This document shows positions 51,334-61,904 of a stretch of DNA of 64,000 nucleotides, piece by piece; the first letter of the stretch is position 1, and each line of letters starts with the position of its first letter. The notes below the pieces were generated by a model. That model was not told the DNA's origin. It was given only the letters and a program-made list of their open reading frames with translations, and made no database searches. The translations under genes were made by a program, and so were the position numbers. This DNA is from Cenococcum geophilum. Its lineage: Eukaryota. Location of the stretch: assembly GCA_050273025.1 (NCBI GenBank), contig CP158635.1, positions 14,384,001 to 14,448,000 on the forward strand, in the 5' to 3' direction.

Positions 51334-52151
51334 ATAGCTTGTAGTCCTTCTACGCGTCCCTAGACCGGTAGTAGTGTCGTTAATCTTCTAGTGACGCCCT
51401 AGACAGCGTCTGTTGCTCCTACGGCAGTTTCCCTAAAATGCTGTTATCGCTGCGTTTATACTCTTACGTAGGATCCTTCCTACGTCTATAAGATGCCTCG
51501 CTCCGGCAAAAATAAATCTAAGTGCTCTTATTATCGCAGTAGGAGAAAGACCTGCGTCCTAGTATTTCCTATTCCGTCCTATTCTAGATTTCGCTAATTA
51601 TACTAGATCCCTACTATCTATACGTATAAGACTTATAGGCTCTAACACGCTATCTAAGATTTCCGCTAATATCCTAATAGTAACAGGCGGGGACAGAAGG
51701 TGTCTTCCCTTGCTTATAAACTCTTTAATTCTATAAGGGTTTCTACTGCTATAGAGATATAACGTTCTTAGATATATAGTGTCTAGGAGCGTATATGCGA
51801 ACAGCTCGTCCTTATTAATAATAACATTTATACTCTTACGCGGGCTACTCTAGCTAGGTAAGTTTCTCTAGTAACTTACTTAGGAACTATACTAACTCCT
51901 TTAGCCAACATCTCTCTAATCCCTACTTAGATGCCGATTTAAAACCTAGGGATACTAAGGATAGCAACAAAGGTTAAGATAAACGTTCTCCTCACTAGTC
52001 TCCCGCCTATGCTAGTCCTTCTAGTACCTATCGTTCTAAGAAGAATATTAGTGGAAGTGCTAATACTTCTAGGGATAAAGAAGCTGATAATACCGTTAAT
52101 AATAACGTTAAGATAGAAGAAGAGGCTCCTATTGCTACTGTTAGTATTTAA
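51334..52151 (+). pseudogene. Antisense, two-intron accessory gene inside the Gypsy element; variant Zn2Cys6-like protein of about 241 aa, RIP-inactivated
   Basis: Exons 51334-51561, 51607-51857 and 51905-52151. Intron 2 is GTAAGT...ACTAAC...TAG; intron 1 is GTATTT...GCTAAT...TAG. Exon 1 reads CYRCVYTLT*DPSYVYKMPRSGKNKSKCSYYRSRRKTCVL. All internal stops are TAA/TAG; the start is ATA, presumed RIP of ATG. Confidence 0.65.
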
Positions 52152-55100
52152 GTTATTACTTAGCTTTTTCCTTCTTCTTATAGAATAGCTTTATATAGTG
52201 CCTCTTAGGTGCCTCTAGAATGCCCTATTATTAGGAATTAACTTTATACTTTAGGGATGCCTTTATTTTAGGCTTTAGTGACAATCTATATAAACGCAGT
52301 GCATTACTATAATCCCTATATATAATAAACGGGTAGTATTCCTATAGGTGCCTTATAATTCCTTAAAATTTCTAATTCTTTATAGGCTATCCTTTTACTC
52401 CTCTTCGTACTATTAATTTTATTACGTATCTCTAGTGCCAGACTAAATACTCTCCTTTTATCCCTAGGGGGTCCTTTTAAATCCTTAAGGCCTTTTCTTA
52501 TATTACTACTGCTTATTCTTAAATAGCGTCTTCTTTAGACAGTATCCCTAGTGGTTCTTCTATAGATCCTATAGGCTTCCCCTTATAGGATTCTAGGATC
52601 CCTGTTATAATAGTAAAATATTTCCGTTCTTAATGCCTATACTTAATCCTATAGTTTTAATTTATAGGGTTTTCCCTATTGCTTTACCTATAGCATATCT
52701 AGAACCATTTCTAAATCTTTACCTTTAGTTCTTAGGAAGGTTTTAATTACGGTATTATATCCTAGCTAAAGGTACTCCTTAGGTTCCTAACTATTATACG
52801 CCTAAAAGTATCCTTCCTAATAAACTAAAAATTTGCGCTTCTTCTAGCGCCATCTTTAGTCTAAAATATCTTCTATATTCCATTCCAGTTCCCTATTAAT
52901 TTCGCTAGGTAGGGGCGGTTCCGCACTATCTCTTCTTTAGTATAGCTCTAGTAAGGAAACATAAAATATAGGATATATTAGATAAGATTTTAGTTATTCC
53001 AATTTATAGGCTTAGTTTCCTTTAGTTTTCTTAACTATCTTAAAGGGTCCAAGCTACTGGTAATCTAGCTTCTTCTTAATGCGTTTTATTCGGATATTTT
53101 TTATAAATAGTAAGACTTTATCTCCTATCTTAAATTCTTTTAGTATATATTTTTCGTTATAGTACCTTTTTTGTACGGCTTAGGCGTCTAGTAAGTGCTT
53201 TTCAAGTTCCTCTCTGCAAATTCTTATTTGCTTAATTCTTTTGGACGCCGCCAGTGCCTCTCTTTTAGGAATAATATCCTTAACGTTTTAGGGGTTATTT
53301 ACTTTTACCCCAAACAATGCTTTATAAGGGGTCATTTTTATACTACTATAGATGCTTATGTTATATACATGCTGCGCTAAAGCTAACTATAATATCTAAT
53401 TATCCTGTTAATAATTAATATAGTAGCGGAGGTAGTGTTCCAACAACGTATTTAGACGCTTTATTTACCCGTCTATTTACGGGTAGAAGGTAGTGCTTAT
53501 CCTTTACTATATTTTTAATAAGAGATAGAATAAAGACCAAAATGCACTATTAAATACGGTACCTCTATTTGATATAATTCCCCTTAGCGTACTAAATAAG
53601 AGCCACCGTTCTAAAAACAGGTCTGCTAGTTCTGCTGCCGTAATCGTTATTATAACAGCAAAGTATCCTAAAAACTTTATATACCTGTTAACGATTACTA
53701 GGATAGCATTAGCAACCTCTCCAGTTCTTATCTTAGTAGGGGGTAAGCCTATAATAAAAACCATTATTAATTCTAATATAGGTCCCTATAAAATAGGAAG
53801 CACTAATAACTCGCTATATAGGCGATGCCTGGATATCTGTATTCTTTAGTATATATTATACCTTAATATATAGTCCTTAACCTCTTTAAATATTCCGTTC
53901 TAAAAGTATTTCCTTTAAACGGCCTTAAGGGTTCTATTGGCACCGTAGTAACCCCTAAGAGGGTTATTATAGAAGACCTTTAGAATTTTATTTTAAATCG
54001 CTTAGTCCTTTAGGACATATATAGTACCCTTAAAGCGTAATAGACCCTTTTAGTCTTGCTACTATAGCTTCTTAGTAACTCCGGCTAAGTTAGTCTCTAC
54101 TATATCTTTCTACCTCTCTCTAGAGGCGAAGGCGTCCCTTTATTAAGCTTAAAGAAGAAGATCTGGAAAGGTTTTATATAGGTCACTCGCTTCTATTTCG
54201 CCTACCGCTATTATAGACTTAAGGCGTAGCATAAGACGTTTTAAACTATTAGTGCTAGTAGATTCTCCTACCGTTATATAGTGTGCCATACTGCGGATAG
54301 GCATCTCGCCTATCCCCCTTAGATTTAAAAACTTATAGCTAATACGCCGTCGAGTCGAAGGTACCGCGACACCTCTAGCACATCCCGTAGAATTCTCGCT
54401 AATTCTAGGGTACGCTAATTTTATAATATCTACTTAGTCTATAACCTAGTCTATAACTATATCCTACGGCTCTATAATTATATTGCTTTATAGCTATATT
54501 ACTAGAACCTCTACCTTATTACAAAATTCTATAGTTTTAGGGAAAGAGTCTTCTTTCTTCCTAAGTAAATTTTGTAATGTGGGGATTATTTCCCCTATAC
54601 TATCCTAGATTCTCCCTATCTTATAATCCGGACGTCTTAATAACCTATTAGCAGGATTTGTCTTTCCTAGGCGGTACATAATTTTAAAGTTATACTATAA
54701 TAGTGCCTCTACCTATCTCGCTTGTTAACCGCTTAATACCTTTATAGTTATAAAGTATTCTAGGTTATTATAGTCTATAAGGACTTTAATAGGATAATTA
54801 CTTCCTATATAATAATATCGCCAGTACTTTATTGCTGCAATTATTACGAGTAGCTTTTAGTCGTGCGTTATATAACGCTGCTTTATAGGGGTTATTTTCC
54901 TTAACTAAAACGCTATAGGATGCTATTCTCCGTCTTTTAATTAAGATATAATTACCCTTAGGGTAAAGCCGGATATATCCGTTTTAAGGTATATACATAG
55001 CTCTTAGCAAAAGTGTATTAAAATAGGCGCCGACGTAAATAAATCCTTTAACCGGTCTATTGCCTGCTTAGTAGCTTCCCTAAATATAAAGGGTCCTAAC

Positions 55101-57361
55101 TTCTTGCCATTTTTAGATCCTTTTAGTAGATTAGTAATTAGGAGTATTACTTATAAATAGTAAACAATGAACCTTTGGTAGAAGTTTACCGTGCCTAAGA
55201 AAACCTATACTTCTCTAAACGTTATAGGGTATAGCTATTCCCTAATAGCGTCTACCCGGCTTTTCTCCATTGATATTTTATTAACACTAACGATAAAGCC
55301 TAGAAAATTAATGCTAGTAATATAAAAGGAGTATTTTTTTAGATTTATATAGAGCTTATATTCCCACAGTCTTTCTAGTATTATTTGCACGTAGTGTGTA
55401 TATACTTCGTAGTTATTAAAGTAGACTATAATGTTATTAAGGTAGACTATATATATAGTATCTAATAGGCCTAATAATGCCTTATTAATATAGGCCTAAA
55501 ATATCGCCAATGCGTTGGTAAGCCTAAATGGCATCACTAGGTACTTAAAGTGGCCGTACTATATTTAAAACGCCGTTTTCTACTTATTACCGGCTTTAAT
55601 CCGGATTTAATAGTATATATCTTTTAGATCCAGTTTTATAAATATCTTTACGCCTAATAGCCTATTAATAAGCTCCCCTATTAAGGGTAGCGGGTAGTAA
55701 TTCTTTATAGTAATCCTATTAAGCGCCTAATAGTTAATATAGAGGTAAAGGGTTCTGTCCTTCTTTGGTATAAATATAATTGGTACCCCTACTAGGCTTA
55801 TAAAGAGCCGAATCTATTCTTTCTAAAGATTGTCTACTATATACTAACGTAATACGGCCAGTTTATTTTCTAATAAGCTATATAGTGGTTTAAAAGGAGG
55901 TTACTTATCCCCTATATCTATCTCTGTTAGGTGAAAACCTGAGTATATAGTTATATAGCTGCGAGGCACAGGCGACTCGCATGCGACTCGCCTGTGAGGC
56001 ACGTGCAGAGCACGTGCCCCTAGGGAAACCCCTTACCTCGCACCTTAGACTCCTCCTTCTCCCTTAAGGATTCGTCTACTTATATAATATACCCTATTGT
56101 TCTATTATTGGACTCCCTATCTACATCCTTACCTTACATTTAAATCCTTACCAATCCCTTTGGGAGGATAGCCGGTTTAATTTTCTACGATCCACAATGC
56201 CTCCGAAGACAAGATCGACGCCTGCACTTAATGGCGACACGCTAGCGATATGACTGCAGAACGCCTTAGGATCTAGTGCTAGAAGCACATTAGTAGAATC
56301 TACGTGACCTTCCGAATCTTAAGACGACTAGATATTTACGAACGCTAGAGACCAGTTTGACTTATATACCTAGGCTTAATAGGAGCTTAGTAAGGTTACT
56401 AGCGTTCTACCAAATACTGCTGACCTAAAGGAGCTAGATAAGCTGGCTAAGAAAATAGCTAACTTACGGAGCATTATCGATTTGATCTTTCGTCGCCCCT
56501 CTAGTAAAGAGTATAAGTTACGCAGTGAACGCATACGACGAACAAATCTCAACGCCCTGGTTAAGAAGTCACCGCCTAATATTAGTGGTACTACTTAACA
56601 GAAGTTTAACTAATGGATTGCCGTAATTAAGAATTAATTTAAGATTAATAACGCTGACTATAACTGCGAGCGACGTACGCGCTAGGCTATTAAAGGTCTT
56701 ATAAAAGAGAAGACAGTTACCTAACTAGTGCATTACCGCCTAGGCGCCAAAAATAAGGGTCCTCTACTATAGGATAAACTTAAGACTATGGTCTAAGACT
56801 AGATTAAGAACCCTACAGTAAGACGCTTTAAAAATGCTACTGCGTACTATATAACTGTAATAAAGGAGAACCAAAAGTTTAACACCTTCTTAGCCCGTAT
56901 ACGTAGCTTAGAGGACCTCTTCTTATACACCCCTTTTGTCAACCCTAATTAGCAGGTAGACTTTTAGTTCTTACGTCTCCCAACCTACCTATAGGTAGAG
57001 CTCTTCCGCCAGAACTTCGCTATACGGGTAAAAACCACTAAGGACCTTTTCGCAGAAATCCGCTATATAGAGTAATTACTTAACACCACAAAGCTTGCGG
57101 AAGACCGCGCAGCTAGCAATAGTAGATCCTCGCGCCTAAAGCGCGGTCGTAGCATAGGCTCTATAGGGTTAGGTTTAGAGAATAGAACCCTAGGAAGGCG
57201 ACGCTTTCCCAACTAAGCTCTAGGGGAGACTACTTAACAGCCAAATAGCTCAGAGGACCCCCTAGACGCTAGTAATATACCTACGCATTACAAGAAGAAC
57301 GTAGGTAGTAATTGCAAAGAACACTAGCGGCAAACCGCTATAAATAATACCTAACTATTAG

Positions 57362-59375
57362 GTAGCAGGTCCGTCTATAACTGGGGTCCTTTAACTAGGG
57401 TCCTTTAACCCGCTACAGTTAAAACTCTTTATAACGATGCGGGTCGTACGGCCGACCGTATCGTAATACCAATGGTATTGTTATACATAGAGTCACGTGT
57501 TAGGTTAATAAGCAGGAAAAGGAGGCTAATGCGTGGCTAGGCATCCTAAAAGGGCGTAGGGCGTCTACTTCACGAGCTAAGTAGGACCCCTCCTATACAA
57601 AATCTCTACTGGTTATAACGATTTTGGTAGAGAAAACTTAACGATATTATGAATAGTTAGTATATCGTAATATCACACCAAAAATATTTTGATTAAGGGG
57701 TGTAGATCGTAATATAGAGTATATCGTTGTAATCAAATATCGTACTAAAGAGTTTCGACTGTAGTAACCTACTAGTAGTAACCTACACTAACGACTTATA
57801 CCGGATAGGTCCATCTATAACCGGGGTCCTTTAACTAGGGTCCTTTAACCCACTAGTAACCTACTAATAGTAACCTATACCGACGACGTATATTGGTAGA
57901 TAGGTCCGTCTATAACTAGGGTCCTTTAACTAGGGTTTACGACCCGCTAGTAACCTACTAGTAGTGACCTACACTAATAACCTACGTATAAGCCTAAAGA
58001 TTTAGATACTATATATCCCTAAACGTATACCTTATATAGGCGCATCGTGACCTAACGCTAGATGGGGAGAAAGGGAATGCATTATGGTATATATTGCGAT
58101 GGATACGCCCTAGGGTAAAGTCCGCCTACGTACTTAATACAATAATAGGTGCCAAATTAACCCTTAATACTATATAAAAGTTGCGGGTTATGGACCTTAT
58201 GGGCAGTCCTAGTGCTACTACACCAATAACCTGGCGCCGGCGGACCAGAGTGTCCTACTATTTTTACTAAGACTTCGACCAACCTATAGCGCTAGACCCT
58301 TAGCCCAGGCAACGGTCCCCTATAATGACCCTATAAGTGACCTATATATCGTATATTACCTCGCTAGCACTGGCTTTACGCAGAGCCTCGTGCTATAGTA
58401 AGTAGTAGTAGTAGCTACCTTAGCCGAAACGGCCTTTACAGAACACCCCTAAGTTACTAATCTATCTATAGAGTATAAGGGATGCCTTTACATGCTCTAT
58501 ACGCGACTACCTAGGGGCGAGTTCCTACTAGCAACACTTAAGGACTCCTAAGGCATAATAAGGTCTGGCCTTACTAAGGACCTCCATAAATACCTAGGTA
58601 CTATAATACCTGCTAACGCTTAAATCGCACTACTATACACCTTATAGTGAGCTATAGCCCTTAAGGCCCCCATATAAGCCTAGCGGTATTACTTACTTAA
58701 CTCTATTACGGATCTCCCTAAGTCTAAGACACCTCCTTATCCTTATAGACCGTTTTATAAAGCTAGTATACTACCACCTAGCCTTATAGCTAAAGCGTAA
58801 GCGAAAGGCAAGCGCTGCTGCTGCTAAGACATAGCCTATATTAAAGAAAGGTAGAGGATATCCTAAGGGATCAAGGAATAAGCTAACACTTATAGTAAGA
58901 GTTGCGGTATATATACGGGGTAAAGCTTAATTCATTAATATCCTATATAAGCCACATTCTACCGCAACCTAGCGACTCGCAGGCAACTTATAGGTAAGGC
59001 TATAGCGTACTACTAGTAACCCTAAAGCAATTAAAAAGTACTCTCCTAGGCCTAGACCTAATCCGTTACTCTATACTACCTTTATAGACTATTTATATAT
59101 TAGGTAATAGGTCCGTCTATAACCGGGGTCCTTTAACCGGGGTCTATAACCCGCTAGTAACCTACTAGTAGTAACCTATATTAACGACTTATACTAGACA
59201 GGTTTGTTTATAACTAAGGTCCTTTAACTAGAGTCTTTAACCCGTTAGTAACCTACTAGTAGTAACCTATACTAATAACTTATATTATCCTACACCCGTC
59301 CGTAACTAGGGTCCTTTAACTAGGGTCTACGACCTACTAGTGACCTACTAGTAGTAACCTATACAGATAACTTGT
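57362..59375 (+). repeat. Two tandem arrays of a roughly 75-bp unit inside element X (about 57362-57985 and 59105-59375)
   Basis: Recurring GGTCCGTCTATAACYRGGGTCCTTTAACTAGGGTC...GTAACCTACTAGTAGTAACCTA units. Confidence 0.8.
57416..57761. mobile_element. pogo/Tigger-like MITE, second copy, inverted relative to 48961-49297
   Basis: TA-CAGTTAAAACTCTTT...AAAGAGTTTCGACTG-TA. It splits a CCCGCTA|GTAACCTAC repeat unit that is intact in neighbouring copies, which confirms the TA duplication. Confidence 0.85.
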
Positions 59376-60044
59376 ACACTATTCCACGTATATGCTATAT
59401 AGATAACGCGTAAGGCTAAGGCAAAGGTCAGCGGCGGATTTAATAAGCATATAGCCTTACCGTCCTAATCTGGCTGTATATAAGTAACCTATAACCTACC
59501 CGCGAAGTATATACGGCGCTACGCCGGTATAGCGCAAGGCTAAAGTAAGGGTTAACGGCGGGTTTAACGGGTATATAGCCTTACTATTTATAAATCTGGC
59601 TGTATGCAAGTAACCTACAACCTACCCATAAGGTACTAGCGACCTACCTATATAAGCGAGCTTTTAGAATATTTCTTATCTACCAAATTCGGGCAATAGT
59701 ATTAAGCTACTAGCTCTACCTGTTAAATAGACTAATTAGGATTTTCTATACCGGGCATATAAAATTACTATTAGCTTAGTGAAATGTAGGGAAGTCTTAG
59801 TAAGCCAAATCTGACTAATTAAATAACTTTAACCGGCGGTTAAAGTTCCTTAATATCTTCGCGCAAGTATACTACCTATCTCTCTATACGCAAAATTAGG
59901 ACGCTTTTTCCCTTCCAATTTTTTCCTTATTAAGGTTTTTATAGGGTTTTATTAAGGCCTAAGTATATAAAGGATTAGGGACAACCCTTTTTAAAGGGGG
60001 GGGCATTGTTAGGTAAAAACCTAAGTATATAGTTATATAGCTGC

Positions 60045-61904
60045 TGTCACAGAAGTGGGCATGAGCTAGAATACAATGTACTAAACAGGGTAGTAATTAA
60101 AGAAGGCTACGTACGTGTAACTATGCGTAGTTAATACAAAGACATTTGGATAAAGAAGAAGATTCTTTATATGCTAGGTTAGGTATAAATAGGGGTTATA
60201 GGGGAACGTGCGTAGGTGTCTTGGGACGAACATAAGCACGGGTTAAGAACGTCAAAACGCGCAGGGACGTAAGAGCGTGTAAGTCCCGTGACAGTACCCC
60301 CCCCTTACTTCCGAGCTCCTGCGAGGCGTGTTGTGTTATATATACCAGAAAAAAACCCAATATAGGAAAAAAAAAAATTTGTTAGCCTTCTCCGCCCTTC
60401 TATATCCTCCGTTACATAGGCTCCTCTAGTTCGGTCCTTCCATGTTTAATTATTAGGCCACTAACTTGTTAGGCCCAAAGCATAGCCTAGCTTCCGTCGC
60501 CAGCTACACTCCTATCCTCGCCGCTTGGAGACGCATTGCTGAAGCTTGTATAGTCCCTTTCTTGCTTCTAGCAGCTCTATGGCCTTCCCTTCCTATACTC
60601 TAGGTCCCCCTAAAAAATTACCCCAATTTTTGGTCCAAAATGGGCGTTTTAGGCAGTATTTATTGGCCTAAACGGCAGTATAGTACGGTCAGTACGGTGT
60701 TCGTGGTCGTGGTAAGGCATATTCTTGGCAGGTTCTTATCGGTGCGGTGCAGTATTCGTATCGTAGGCAGGTTCTTGTCGGTGGCAGTATGGTGCCAGCG
60801 CAGGTTCCGTAGGCGAATCAGCACGGAGCTTATTGGTTCGTGTAGCAGTACAATGCAAGCGACGGGCGGCTTAAGACAGTCTGGGTATCGGATGCGAATA
60901 GCTTCGGCGGCGGCAGTACGATGCTAGCGACAGGTTCGGGCGGCTTAGGACAATTCGGGTATCAGATGCAGAGAGCTTCGGCGGCAGGTTCGGACGGTAG
61001 CAGTACGGTGCTAGCGACGGGGTTGTCTCGTAGGCATATCGGCACGAGGCTTGTCGGTTCATGCGGCAGTACGATGCAAGCGACGGGTTCGGGGGTCTAG
61101 GGAGCGAGGCTCTACCTAGTCGTGTTCGGCTCGTAGGCGTATCGGCACGAGGCTTGTCGGTTCAGGTAGCAGTACGATGCAAGCGACGTGTTCGGGCAGC
61201 AGTACGATGCAAGCGATAGGGTCGTAGGCGTATCGGCACGACGGGTTATCGGGGTCGTTTCGCAGGCGTATCGGCGCGAGGTCTTGTCGGTACGTAGGGC
61301 AGTGCGTGTAGGTCGGTAGGACAGTAGTAAGATACCAGCTTCCGTGTTCGTGTTCGTGTTCGTGTAGCAGTAGGATGCGAGCCATCAGGTTAAACCGAGG
61401 GGCAGTAACGTGCCTGTTCGTAAGCGGTAGTAGTAGGGTGCAAGCCATCGAGGTCGCAGGCGTATTGGCGCGGTGTCTTGTTATTAGGTCCGTATGCAAA
61501 TCGGCGCGGAGACTTGTCATACTAGTTTAGAACCCCAGTGTCCTAGTCTACCCGTAGCCAGTAGCTCCTGTATCTACCCCGTAGGCGTAGAAAGGCATGC
61601 TTCGCGACTAGTAGCCTATAGGCCCGCTAGGTATAGAAAAGGGATCCAAATATAGTGTTACGGAAGTGGGCATGAGCTGGAATACAATGTACTAAACAGG
61701 GTAGTAATTAAAGAAGGCTACGTACGCGTAACTATGCGTGGTTAATATAAAGACATTTAGATGAAGAAGAAGATTCTTTGTGTGCCAGGTTGGGTATAAA
61801 TAGGGGTTGTAGGGGAACGTGCGTAGGTGTCTCGGGACGAACGTGAGCACGGGTTAAGAACGTCAAAACGCGCAGGGACGTGAGAGCGTGTGAGTCCCGT
61901 GACA
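60045..61904 (-). mobile_element. Small non-autonomous LTR retroelement (TRIM/LARD-like, element Y) inserted in the 3' LTR of element X
   Basis: 249-bp LTRs at 60045-60293 and 61656-61904; perfect target duplication GCTGC; minus-strand PPT at about 60296-60307; 1.36-kb interior of short dispersed repeats with no gag or pol motifs. Confidence 0.88.

Noticed and set aside
57362..61300. CRISPR-like repeat arrays in elements X and Y
   Set aside because: Eukaryotic context, degenerate contiguous repeats without unique constant-length spacers, and no cas genes.
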